From an uncultured bacterium (GTDB lineage: Bacteria > UBP7 > UBA6624), in contig CAXGSM010000018.1 in the NCBI GenBank assembly GCA_964012435.1, positions 1 through 21,324 of the forward strand: a DNA stretch of 21,324 nucleotides, given 5' to 3'. Numbering within the stretch: position 1 is the stretch's first letter; the number at the start of each line of letters is the position of its first letter. A program made the translations under genes and the position numbers. The notes under the pieces were generated by a model. The model did not search any database and was not told the origin of the DNA. It saw only the letters and a list, made by a program, of their open reading frames with translations. Of the stretch, positions 8,220 to 17,185 are shown one piece after another.

Positions 8220-8996
8220 ATGAAAGATGACTATATTTTAAACATTAATAACTTAAAGGTGTCCATTGATGACAAGCAAGTTTTGCAGGGGATTGATCTT
8301 GATGTCAAGAAAGGTGAAGTCCATGCCATAATGGGGCCAAACGGATCAGGAAAAAGCACTCTTGCATATTCCTTGATGGGACATCCCTCTTATGAGTTGG
8401 ACTCAGGAGAGATTGAATTAGATTCAGAAAGCATTGTCGACCTGGAACCTCATGAAAAAGCTCAAAAAGGTTTATTTTTAGCTTTTCAGTACCCAATGGA
8501 AATTCCAGGTCTTCAAATGGAAAGCTTCCTTAGAAGTGCTGTTTCCTCCATAAAAGGTTCAGAGGAAACGAAAGACGTTTTTGAATTTCACAGGAAGGTT
8601 TTAAAAGAAATGAAATATTTAGGAATCGATGAATCTTTTGCTGATCGATATGTTAATGATGGCTTTTCTGGTGGTGAGAAAAAAAGAGCAGAGGTTCTTC
8701 AGATGTTACTTCTTCAGCCAAAATTAGCAGTTATGGATGAGACTGATTCAGGCTTAGACATTGACGCAATCAAAGTGGTTGCAAAAGGCGTAAATAGATT
8801 AAAGGAAAAAGGTATGTCTATATTAATAATTACACACTACCAAAGGATACTGGATTACATTCATCCTGACAGAGTCAGTGTTTTAAGTGGTGGAAAAATA
8901 TTGAAAACAGCTGGTCCGGAACTTGCAAAAGAGTTGGAAAAAACTGGATATAAAGATTTTGTTCCTAAAAAATCCTCTTTGGATGTTAAATTTTAA
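8220..8996 (+). CDS. sufC: Fe-S cluster assembly ATPase SufC
   Basis: GPNGSGKST, AFQYP, FSGGEKKR, DETDSGLDID, ITHYQRIL. Confidence 0.97.
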   Translation: MKDDYILNINNLKVSIDDKQVLQGIDLDVKKGEVHAIMGPNGSGKSTLAYSLMGHPSYELDSGEIELDSESIVDLEPHEKAQKGLFLAFQYPMEIPGLQMESFLRSAVSSIKGSEETKDVFEFHRKVLKEMKYLGIDESFADRYVNDGFSGGEKKRAEVLQMLLLQPKLAVMDETDSGLDIDAIKVVAKGVNRLKEKGMSILIITHYQRILDYIHPDRVSVLSGGKILKTAGPELAKELEKTGYKDFVPKKSSLDVKF

Positions 8997-10411
8997 TGAG
9001 TAAAGAAGATAAATTTAGTCAGGATTTTTCTGAATTTGATAGTTATCAGTTCGGTCATCACGATAAAGTAAAGCATATCGCTTCTACTGGAAAGGGCATA
9101 TCAAAAGACGTAGTAACAAAAATATCAGAATTAAAAAATGAACCTGGATGGATGACTGATATTCGCTTAAAGGCTTATGAGGTTTTTGAAAAAAAACCGA
9201 TGCCTTCTTGGGGGCCAGATTTAAGAGAGATAAAATTTGAAGATTTTACTTATTTCATAAGGTCTACTGAAAAAGAAAGCGATCAATGGGATGACATGCC
9301 AAAGGAGATACTTGAAACCTTTGATAAGTTAGGGATACCTGAAGCGGAAAAGAAATTTTTAGCTGGCGCAAGTGCTCAATACGAAAGCGAAGCTGTTTAC
9401 CATAAGTTAAATGAAGAGCTGGGTAAAGAAGGTGTTGTGTTTTTGACAATGGATCAGGCTGTAAAAGATGAGCCAGATTTAGTAAAAAAATATTTTGGAT
9501 CTGTTATACCGGCATCAGATAATAAATTTTCAGCTTTAAACACCGCTGTTTGGTCAGGAGGGTCTTTTATTTATGTGCCACCTGGGGTTGAGGTTAACAC
9601 TCCATTGCAAACTTATTTCAGAATAAATGAAGAGGAATTTGGTCAATTCGAAAGAACTTTAATTATTGCTGACAAGGGTGCTAAGGTTGTTTATAACGAA
9701 GGTTGCTCTGCTCCAAAATGGGCAAAATCATCACTTCATGCCGCTGTTGTAGAGTTGGTGGCTCTTGAGGATTCTCGTATCGATTATCAAACTATTCAGA
9801 ATTGGTATAAAAATATTTATAACCTAGTGACAAAAAGAGCAAAAGCAGAAAAGAACGCTACTGTAACCTGGTTAGATATAAATGTTGGTTCACGTATAAC
9901 TATCAAATATCCATCAGTAATGATGATGGGAGAGGGTGCTAGAGGCGAAGTTCAGTCTATAGCTTTCGCAAATGAAGACCAGCTTCAAGATTCTGGAGCA
10001 AAAATGATACACGGAGCTCCTAACACAACAAGTGTAGTAACAAGCAAAAGCATCTCTAAAGGAACAGGAAGATCTTCTTACAGAGGTTTAATAAAAGTTT
10101 TAAAAGGTGCAAAGAATTCTTCTTGCAGGGTCGAGTGCGATGCATTATTGATAAATGAAGAAAGTAGAACTGATACCTATCCTGTTATGGATATAGCAGA
10201 AGATGAGACTCAAATTGCACATGAAGCAAGCGTGTCAAAAGTAAATGAAGATCAGATTTTTTATTTGCAAAGCAGGGGAATACCAGAGATTGAGGCTATG
10301 AAGATGGTTGTAAATGGCTTCCTCGAGCCAATGGTTAAAAAATTACCTTTAGAGTATTCAGTAGAGTTTCAACGCTTAGTAGAGCTTGAACTTGAGGGCT
10401 CTGTAGGATGA
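8996..10411 (+). CDS. sufB: Fe-S cluster assembly scaffold SufB
   Basis: LGIPEAEK, AQYESE, GQFERTLII, EGCSAP, LHAAVVE, VECDAL, AHEA; TAATG coupling to sufC; no intein. Confidence 0.97.
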   Translation: MSKEDKFSQDFSEFDSYQFGHHDKVKHIASTGKGISKDVVTKISELKNEPGWMTDIRLKAYEVFEKKPMPSWGPDLREIKFEDFTYFIRSTEKESDQWDDMPKEILETFDKLGIPEAEKKFLAGASAQYESEAVYHKLNEELGKEGVVFLTMDQAVKDEPDLVKKYFGSVIPASDNKFSALNTAVWSGGSFIYVPPGVEVNTPLQTYFRINEEEFGQFERTLIIADKGAKVVYNEGCSAPKWAKSSLHAAVVELVALEDSRIDYQTIQNWYKNIYNLVTKRAKAEKNATVTWLDINVGSRITIKYPSVMMMGEGARGEVQSIAFANEDQLQDSGAKMIHGAPNTTSVVTSKSISKGTGRSSYRGLIKVLKGAKNSSCRVECDALLINEESRTDTYPVMDIAEDETQIAHEASVSKVNEDQIFYLQSRGIPEIEAMKMVVNGFLEPMVKKLPLEYSVEFQRLVELELEGSVG

Positions 10412-11529
10412 ATCATATTTGGCCTGATAGAAAAAATGAATATTGGAGGAGGTCTGCTTTTCTTAGACCACCAGAAAATTTAAATCATTCTGTCATTCCT
10501 TCTGATAAAAAATGGGAATTAATGCCGAATTCTGATTCGGCAATTTCTTTTGACAACGGTGTTCTTTTGGAAGAATCATTTGCAAGAGGTGTAAAGGTTA
10601 AGAAGGTTGAACCAGGTTCATTCCTTAAAAAAGCTGGTTTTATTCCTGGCGGGCAAGCTTGGAATGATTGGACTATCCTAAATGGTAATGTTTATGAGGT
10701 TACGATTAGTGAAAACTTCACGGTGGATCAGCCATTAGTTGTAAGGGAAAAAATTTCTTCTGGAGGCAATATTACTTCTAGTTATATTTTTTTTAATGTT
10801 GAGAAAGGTGTTGAACTTGCGGTTTCCTACCTTATGGAGGGCTCTGGCGATGGTTTTCATTCTGGTGGCTTTACCTTTAACCTAAATGATTCATCAAATT
10901 TAAAACTTATGCATTTTCAAAACATATCTAAAGAAAGCAAAGCCAGGTTTAATTGGGAAGTGAAAACCTCAAAAGGTGCAAATGCAGAATGGCACCTAGC
11001 TGCCTTTGGAGGCAAGCAGGTTCGACATGAATGTAGACTTGAAATACAAGGAAAAGATTCAAATTCAAGTTTAAAAGGAATTTACATTCCCTTCAAAGGT
11101 CAGAGGCATGAATTTCAAACACAACAAGATCACAAGAAAGGTGATTCAACTAGTGATTTGTTATTGAAAGGAGCAGTATGTTCTGCTTCTAGAGGAACTT
11201 TTCAAGGAATGATAAACATTAGGCCTGATGCTCAAAAAAGTAATGCTTATCAAACTAATCGTAATTTATCTCTTGCAAGCAATGCTAAAGTAGAAACGAT
11301 TCCTGGTTTGGAAATAGAAGCAAATGACGTAAAGTGTTCTCATGGTGCCACTGTTAGCAAAATTGATCCTTATTCTCTTTTTTACCTGGCCTCTAGAGGT
11401 ATTGACAGAAAAGAAGCAGCACAACTTCTTGCTGAAGGTTTTTTCTATGAAATTTCTGATGATTTTCCCGATGAAATGAAAAATATTATCAATAGCGAAA
11501 TTCAAGGAAGGCTTTTAGAAGCCTTTTAA
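10408..11529 (+). CDS. sufD: Fe-S cluster assembly protein SufD
   Basis: EYWR, FQGMI, AYQTNRNL, PGLEIEANDVKCSHGATV, LFYLASRGI; ATGA overlap with sufB. Confidence 0.93.
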   Translation: MNHIWPDRKNEYWRRSAFLRPPENLNHSVIPSDKKWELMPNSDSAISFDNGVLLEESFARGVKVKKVEPGSFLKKAGFIPGGQAWNDWTILNGNVYEVTISENFTVDQPLVVREKISSGGNITSSYIFFNVEKGVELAVSYLMEGSGDGFHSGGFTFNLNDSSNLKLMHFQNISKESKARFNWEVKTSKGANAEWHLAAFGGKQVRHECRLEIQGKDSNSSLKGIYIPFKGQRHEFQTQQDHKKGDSTSDLLLKGAVCSASRGTFQGMINIRPDAQKSNAYQTNRNLSLASNAKVETIPGLEIEANDVKCSHGATVSKIDPYSLFYLASRGIDRKEAAQLLAEGFFYEISDDFPDEMKNIINSEIQGRLLEAF

Positions 11530-11532
11530 GCA

Positions 11533-12747
11533 ATGTTGTCATTGGGAAAATCCTTAAGATCTAAATTTCCAATATTAAAGAGAAAGATTAGAGGAAAAAG
11601 ACTTGTTTATTTGGACAATGCTGCCACAACACAAAAACCCATCGAAGTTATACGTGAGATTGAGAATTATTACATGAACACAAATGCAAATGTTCATAGA
11701 GGTTTATATAAGTTAGCCGAAGAAGCAACATCTCAATACGAATCATCAAGAGAGAGAATTGCAAAATGGTTTGATTCAAAAGCAGAAAATTTAGTTTTTA
11801 CGAGAGGTACAACCGAATCGATTAATTTGATAGCAAAATCATGGGGTAATAAATATATATCAGCTGGTGATAGAGTTTTAGCTCCATTATCAGAACACCA
11901 CAGTAATTACGTTCCATGGCAGATGATATGTGAACAAAAAGGCGCTGAATTTGTTTCCTTGCCGTTGTTGGAAAATCTTAGAATTGACAGGGTTATTTTG
12001 GAGAAAAATCTTGCGATGGGTGCAAAAGTTTTAGCTTTTTCAGCACAGAGTAATGTTTTAGGAAACAAAGAGAATGTAAAAGAAATTTGTGAGCTTGCTC
12101 GAAAGTATGGTGTTACCACAATTGTTGATGGAGCGCAAATTGCTGGACATTCAAGATTTAGTATTCAGGATTCTGGATGTGATTTTTTTGCATTTTCAGG
12201 GCATAAAATGTTTGGGCCTATGGGTATAGGTGGTTTTGTGGCTTCAGATGAAGTTTTGAATTCTATGCCTCCTTGGCAAGGTGGAGGAGAAATGATATCT
12301 GATGTGAAAAGAGATAGCTGGACTGCTGCTCAATCACCATACAAGTTTGAAGCAGGAACTCCCAATGTAGTAGGTGCTATTGCTTTGTCTAAAGCCGTTG
12401 ATATCCTTGATGAAGTTATTGAATCAGGTTTAGAGGATCATGTTTTAAATCTATCTAATTACGCTTATGAAAAACTTAAAGTTTTTGAGAGTGTTAAATT
12501 TTTATCAAAAGAAAAGCCTTGTGGTGCAATTTCTTTTTGGGTTGAATCCATACATCCTCATGATCTTGCAACGATATTAGATCAGGATGGAATTGCAATA
12601 AGAGCAGGTCATCATTGCGCTAAACCCTTACATCAATATCTTAATGTTCAGGCAAGTGTTAGGTTGAGCCTCCATGCTTATAATGATTTTGACGACATTG
12701 ATGATTTTATAGATTCATTGAAAGGGGCCTTTTCTTTTCTTTTATGA
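11533..12747 (+). CDS. sufS: Group II cysteine desulfurase SufS
   Basis: YLDNAATTQKP, NANVHRG, EHHSN, FSGHKMFGP, FEAGTP, RAGHHCA. Confidence 0.96.
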   Translation: MLSLGKSLRSKFPILKRKIRGKRLVYLDNAATTQKPIEVIREIENYYMNTNANVHRGLYKLAEEATSQYESSRERIAKWFDSKAENLVFTRGTTESINLIAKSWGNKYISAGDRVLAPLSEHHSNYVPWQMICEQKGAEFVSLPLLENLRIDRVILEKNLAMGAKVLAFSAQSNVLGNKENVKEICELARKYGVTTIVDGAQIAGHSRFSIQDSGCDFFAFSGHKMFGPMGIGGFVASDEVLNSMPPWQGGGEMISDVKRDSWTAAQSPYKFEAGTPNVVGAIALSKAVDILDEVIESGLEDHVLNLSNYAYEKLKVFESVKFLSKEKPCGAISFWVESIHPHDLATILDQDGIAIRAGHHCAKPLHQYLNVQASVRLSLHAYNDFDDIDDFIDSLKGAFSFLL

Positions 12748-13190
12748 GTCTAGAAGACCTCTATAGAAGTGTCATTTTAGATCATTATAGATCTGCGAGA
12801 AACAAGGGTAAGATAGAAAATCCTGACTTTCATGCAGTTGGGGACAATCCTGCATGCGGAGACCAGTTAGAAATTTTTGTCTCCTGTTTAGAGGATGGTA
12901 CTGTTAGTGATGTGAAATGGAATGGAGAAGGTTGTGCAATATGTTGTGCAACTGCCTCCATAATGACAGAATCTGTAAAAGAAAAATCAAAACAAGAAGT
13001 ATTCAAGCTTGTTGAAAAGGTGAAAAAATTAATAAAAGGTGAACTGGATGATTCTGAAAAAGACGATTTAGGCGAACTTATTGTTCTGGAAGGCGTTTCC
13101 AAGTTTCCTGTTAGGGTCAAATGCGCCACTCTTCCCTGGGTTTCAATTGAAATAGCCATGCAAGGAAAAAAAGAAGCCTCTACTGAGTAG
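12744..13190 (+). CDS. sufU: SufU-type sulfur transfer protein
   Basis: LYR.VILDHY, NPACGD, GEGCAI, RVKCATLPW, with the SufU-type insertion between the second and third conserved Cys. Confidence 0.93.
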   Translation: MSLEDLYRSVILDHYRSARNKGKIENPDFHAVGDNPACGDQLEIFVSCLEDGTVSDVKWNGEGCAICCATASIMTESVKEKSKQEVFKLVEKVKKLIKGELDDSEKDDLGELIVLEGVSKFPVRVKCATLPWVSIEIAMQGKKEASTE

Positions 13191-14403
13191 CTTTTTCTTC
13201 TGAGAATTTTATTTTTCTAAAAAATACATAATAAGTCAACGTAGATACAAGATATAAAAATGATGTGAAAAGAAAAGGCTCTCTGTAGCTTTCATTAGTT
13301 TCTATCCACACTCCACTTATTGGAGGACCTATAGTCCATCCCAAAGCCCATATTATCCCAACTACCGCTAAAGACTTGCTTCTATGCTCTTGAGGTGTTA
13401 TTTCCATTAAAAGCCTTGAACCAAGAGGATGTGTTGCATTGATGAGGGTTGCTCTTGCAACAAAAGAAAATATTGCAATTGTTGGATTGGTTGTAAAGGC
13501 TAGGATTACCAGAAAAGGAATTGAAAGAAAGTTAAGTATTGCAATTGTTATTGTCGATTGAGTTTTTTTAGCGACTATAGGAGCGATAAAGTAGCCAATA
13601 ACAAGCATAAATTCTTGTATTGAAAAAGCATTTCCTATTTGATCATTGCTAAGTCCTATTTGGTTTGAAAGATATAGATTCATAAAAGGAATTGACATGC
13701 CTGCTCCTAACGCTAAAGGGGCGTGGTATAGCCAATATTTAGCAACAAGCCCATTGTTAACCTGTAAAAGTTCTTTGAATTTCGTATTTGATTTTTCTTT
13801 CTTTTTTGAATGATGTACATTTTTTAATTTTTTTAGTATTGAATATGAAATCATAGTAATGATTCCTAAAATTAAATACATGGTTTGAAAACTTTCCTTA
13901 TTTCCTTTTTCATCAATTAACAAAGGTATAACTCCACCCAAGAAGGATCCAGCTGTTTGAAAAATTCCACCGACAACAAAACCGAGCGTGTATCTATAAT
14001 TTGCATATTTCTCTTTACCGACTGCTAAAAGAGGTTCAAATGCATGCAGGAGAGGACGAAATACCATTCCTGCAAAAAATGATGAGGCAATTATGGTTGC
14101 TTGAGTTGTTGAAAAACCTTTAACTATAACAAATATGCCAAGTAAAGGTAAGCCGATGCTTATCATTTTTCCAACACCGTTTTTATCCATCCATTTTCCT
14201 ATTTTGTATGCGACAAGCATTGAACCAATTGAGGCAGCGGCAGCAGCATAGCCGGCTAGTTTTTCATTAAAGCCAAGACTTTTTAGATAAAGATTGTAAG
14301 AAACCCTAGTAATTCCAAAATTAAGACCAAATATTGCCCATGATATTAAAAGAGTATTAAACCATCGAGGTGCATCTTTATAAGCTTCTAGATATTTTTT
14401 CAA
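13180..14403 (-). CDS. Major facilitator superfamily transporter
   Basis: About 12 hydrophobic segments, motif-A-like GKWMDKNGVGK, duplicated NLYL in both halves; TTG start with GGAGG. Confidence 0.88.
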   Translation of the reverse strand: MKKYLEAYKDAPRWFNTLLISWAIFGLNFGITRVSYNLYLKSLGFNEKLAGYAAAAASIGSMLVAYKIGKWMDKNGVGKMISIGLPLLGIFVIVKGFSTTQATIIASSFFAGMVFRPLLHAFEPLLAVGKEKYANYRYTLGFVVGGIFQTAGSFLGGVIPLLIDEKGNKESFQTMYLILGIITMISYSILKKLKNVHHSKKKEKSNTKFKELLQVNNGLVAKYWLYHAPLALGAGMSIPFMNLYLSNQIGLSNDQIGNAFSIQEFMLVIGYFIAPIVAKKTQSTITIAILNFLSIPFLVILAFTTNPTIAIFSFVARATLINATHPLGSRLLMEITPQEHRSKSLAVVGIIWALGWTIGPPISGVWIETNESYREPFLFTSFLYLVSTLTYYVFFRKIKFSEEKATQ

Positions 14404-14428
14404 AACGCCTCCATGTAAGTATTGAAAT

Positions 14429-14501
14429 CACCCTCGGAGAGACTCGAACTCCCAACCTACGGCTTAGAAGGCCGTCGCTCTGCCAGTTGAGCTACGAGGG
14501 C
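14429..14501 (-). tRNA. tRNA-Arg(TCT), CCA not encoded
   Basis: Cloverleaf GCCCTCG-TA-GCTC AACTGGCA GAGC-G-ACGGC CTTCTAA GCCGT-AGGTT-GGGAG TTCGAGT CTCTC-CGAGGGT-G, 73 nt. Confidence 0.96.
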
Positions 14502-14716
14502 TATTTTATTCCAGGTAAATTCTGTTTTCTTTTTTCAAGAATCTCTTTCAAGTTTGGATGAGTTCTCTGCATGCATTTGCCATGCTTGTAGGGTGCAAGG
14601 TATTCTTCATTGCATTCCGGACATGTTCTTTGTCTGTACTCAACTCCGCCGTTGTATTCGTCCCAAATGAAATTGGATTTTTTTTCATATTTTCCAGAAC
14701 TAACTGGGCTATCCAA
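14501..14716 (-). CDS. Small hypothetical protein with C-x2-C-x9-H-x2-C motif (putative metal binding)
   Basis: CPECNEEYLAPYKHGKC; fills the gap between the 405-aa ORF and tRNA-Arg. Start uncertain: TTG 14716 (GGCAGG upstream) or TTG 14752. Confidence 0.5.
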   Translation of the reverse strand: MDSPVSSGKYEKKSNFIWDEYNGGVEYRQRTCPECNEEYLAPYKHGKCMQRTHPNLKEILEKRKQNLPGIK

Positions 14717-14718
14717 GA

Positions 14719-15936
14719 TTAAAAACCTGCCTGTTGGTGTCCCACAGGGCAAACAGAGAAGCTTAAACCTGCTGCTGCAGGGTTTCCAGCTGAAGAACCA
14801 AAGCCTAATTGGGCAGTTTCTTCACATATCAATATTTGAAGACCTTGTTGAATTATCTCTCTTCTTTCCTGAGCTTGTCTGTATGCTTTTGTTTCTCCTG
14901 TTGGAATTTGGTTTTCATAAACTTTCATATTGTTTTCAAGACTAACAAGTACGTCAATAATTTTGTCTGTTTCAGGGTTGATGTATGCTCTTCCGCTTAG
15001 TTCGAGCGTCCCGATAAAATTCCTATCAATTCTCCAATCATTCTTTTCGCTTACTTCATTGCCGTCAAATCTGGCGAATCCAAACATATCAATAACAATT
15101 GAAGGTTCCAATCTGTATGCTTTTAGGTTTGGAAGGCTCAACATTGTGCCACCAGAAACAATGCCTTGAACATATCTAACATCCCGAATCGGAAGCCTGT
15201 ATTCAATATCTATTTTTTGAAGCGTTCTTAGACCAGGAATTGTGAGATAGACAGGCCTAACCCAGGTTTCCCCTAGCTGAACTGATCTGTCAGGAAATCT
15301 CAATATATGAAAATATTCCATTATTTGCTGAAGTGAAACATTAGCTCTTTCTCTTTCATTTTGAACAAGTTCTAAAGGGATTCCCTGGCTTGTTAAAACT
15401 TCACCATTTTTATTTCTTATCAAGGTGTGTTCTTCCTGAAGCAAATCAATCACTGAATCTTCAATTGCGGTATCTCCAGATCCTCCAGAGCTTCCCCCTC
15501 CACCAACTCCCATGCCCATTCTTAAGTCTGCACTTCGGCCTTCACTCCCACCACCACCGTCATCATCATCGCCACCACCATCATCATCGCCACCACCACC
15601 ATCATCATCGCCACCAGCACCACCAGAAATTTCAAACTCCTGTCTCTGGTAGGAATAGTCATCAAATCTTATTTTTGACCATGTTAAATTAAACTCTTCA
15701 CTTTCATGGCTTTCAGAAAGAACTGCCCTTGTAAAGCCTTCTAGGCTTTCAAACTCACCTGGAGCCCATATTTGACCACTGGATCCAGCTTGGATAATAT
15801 ATCTATGTGGAGTTGGGTACATTGGGATAGGAGGGTCGTAGGAGAGTTTAATAAAGTCAGCTTTTGTTGACATTGATGAAGCAACTAAAAGCATAGCAGG
15901 CACTAAGAAAAAAAGTCTAATACCTTTTATTTTCAT
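14719..15936 (-). CDS. Secreted hypothetical protein (DUF6263-like motif) with Gly/Asp-rich insert
   Basis: N-terminal signal peptide; FPDRSVQLGETW and G.A.I.PET motifs recall DUF6263; internal GGGDDD repeats. Confidence 0.7.
   Translation of the reverse strand: MKIKGIRLFFLVPAMLLVASSMSTKADFIKLSYDPPIPMYPTPHRYIIQAGSSGQIWAPGEFESLEGFTRAVLSESHESEEFNLTWSKIRFDDYSYQRQEFEISGGAGGDDDGGGGDDDGGGDDDDGGGGSEGRSADLRMGMGVGGGGSSGGSGDTAIEDSVIDLLQEEHTLIRNKNGEVLTSQGIPLELVQNERERANVSLQQIMEYFHILRFPDRSVQLGETWVRPVYLTIPGLRTLQKIDIEYRLPIRDVRYVQGIVSGGTMLSLPNLKAYRLEPSIVIDMFGFARFDGNEVSEKNDWRIDRNFIGTLELSGRAYINPETDKIIDVLVSLENNMKVYENQIPTGETKAYRQAQERREIIQQGLQILICEETAQLGFGSSAGNPAAAGLSFSVCPVGHQQAGF
15547..15624 (-). repeat. Imperfect coding repeat of GGT/GAT triplet runs encoding (G3-4 D3-4)x3
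   Basis: Plus strand shows CCACCACCA/TCATCATCG blocks; protein reads GGAGGDDDGGGGDDDGGGDDDDGGGG. Confidence 0.9.
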
Positions 15937-15986
15937 AACCAGACTATCTTACTACATTTTGAACGTATGAATGGTTTTTTTAAAAA

Positions 15987-17078
15987 CTAATTTCTCTTAA
16001 GCCCTTTTATGAAACCTCTGTGGGAAATTTTGAATTCATAATTTGAAGTGTACAAAGAAGGATATTCATATTCATTGTTATGAAATTTTAATAACCAACT
16101 GTCATTATCCCTCATTCCCCAAAATGTAATTCCAAATTGTTGATTTTTAGGTATGGACATATATATTTCAGCTATTTCTTTATATTTTTCTTCCTGGATC
16201 GATGCTTTCTTGTAATCAAGTTTTTGAAATAATTTTTCCCTATTAACTGTTATGTCGATTTCTGAAAAATGAATCAATAAACCCGAATCGATAATTTTTT
16301 TTAGATTCTTTTCGATAATCTCTCTTTTTGGGTTTAGGTGATCTATATGCATCTGAAAACCTATTCCATCAATTGAAATATTTTTTTCCTGAAAAGTTTT
16401 GATCATTTTTTGCACTTTTTTAATTTTTTCTGGGTAGCTTTCAAGGTTGTAGTCGTTATAGAAGAGCTTTACGTTTGGGTCTGCCTCTCTTGCCCATTTA
16501 AAACATTTTTCCACATAATTTTCACCAAGTTTTTTTCTGAATATGCTATTTTCTGCTCCTGTGGTAAAAGCTTCATTAACCACGTCCCAACCCTCTACAA
16601 CCGAAAACTCTTCATTATCAATTGTTATTTTTTCTTTTGCAAAATGAGAAACTGTATCTTGTATATATTTTTTTATAAGCATTTCAAAATCTTTATCGGT
16701 TCCCTTATGGTTTTTTAGCCATTTAGGAATTGAGCTATGCCAGATTAAAGCATGCCCAAAGACGCGGAAATTATTTTCTTTTGCAAATTTGATAATTTCA
16801 TCCCCATCTCTGAAATCGTAAACACCTGGAGCTTTGAATATATTTGCCATTTTCATTTGGTTTTCTGCCGTTATGCTATTAAAGTCTCTCTTGAGCATTG
16901 AAACAAACATAGAGTTTGATTTTAGTTTTTTAGAAGAAACAATATTCCCGACAGGAAAAGACGCAACATCTTTAATCGATTCTTGAGCTGCGTATGTCAC
17001 ATCATCTTCATACGATGGATTCATCAAAAAGCTTGCAAGAAAAAAAAGAAAAGCAAAATTTTTAATTTTTCGAAACAT
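15987..17078 (-). CDS. Glycoside hydrolase family 10 (endo-1,4-beta-xylanase-like), secreted
   Basis: FNSITAENQMK, GHALIWHS, WDVVNEA (acid/base Glu), LFYNDYN, DGIGFQMH, FSEIDI (nucleophile Glu), TFWG..D..SWL. Confidence 0.93.
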   Translation of the reverse strand: MFRKIKNFAFLFFLASFLMNPSYEDDVTYAAQESIKDVASFPVGNIVSSKKLKSNSMFVSMLKRDFNSITAENQMKMANIFKAPGVYDFRDGDEIIKFAKENNFRVFGHALIWHSSIPKWLKNHKGTDKDFEMLIKKYIQDTVSHFAKEKITIDNEEFSVVEGWDVVNEAFTTGAENSIFRKKLGENYVEKCFKWAREADPNVKLFYNDYNLESYPEKIKKVQKMIKTFQEKNISIDGIGFQMHIDHLNPKREIIEKNLKKIIDSGLLIHFSEIDITVNREKLFQKLDYKKASIQEEKYKEIAEIYMSIPKNQQFGITFWGMRDNDSWLLKFHNNEYEYPSLYTSNYEFKISHRGFIKGLKRN

Positions 17079-17108
17079 TATTTAAAGTTCTTCATATTGT
17101 TTGTTTTA

Positions 17109-17183
17109 TGGTGGAGCTGGAGGGATTCGAACCCTCGACCCCTTGTATGCCATACAAGTGCGCTACCACTGCGCCACAGCCCC
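17109..17183 (-). tRNA. tRNA-Ala(GGC), CCA encoded
   Basis: GGGGCTG-TG-GCGC AGTGGTA GCGC-A-CTTGT ATGGCAT ACAAG-GGGTC-GAGGG TTCGAAT CCCTC-CAGCTCC-A-CCA; G3:U70 alanine identity pair. Confidence 0.97.
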
Positions 17184-17185
17184 TT

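Noticed and set aside
8996..10411. Intein in SufB
   Set aside because: Normal length (471 aa) with a continuous EGCSAP region.
3656..13190. A dedicated redox/Fe-S island (VKOR, ispH, ArsC-like, suf)
   Set aside because: The genes lie in different transcription units interspersed with unrelated genes; the clustering could be chance without cross-genome synteny evidence.
14548..14688. Alternative 46-aa minus-strand ORF MKKNPISFGT...
   Set aside because: It has no recognisable motif and is nested within the better-fitting CxxC/HxxC frame; not fully excluded.
14725..14790. Short hairpins (CCTGT...ACAGG; AAACCTGC...GCAGGGTTT) as an ncRNA or riboswitch
   Set aside because: They lie in coding sequence, the stems are short, and they match no RNA family consensus I recognise.
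15390..15692. Plus-strand ORF with a poly-His tract
   Set aside because: It is the antisense shadow of the Gly/Asp repeat (CAC/CAT from GGT/GAT) in the minus-strand gene.
14429..17183. Integrative element or prophage between the two tRNAs
   Set aside because: No integrase or phage genes, and no duplicated tRNA 3' end (att site) was found.
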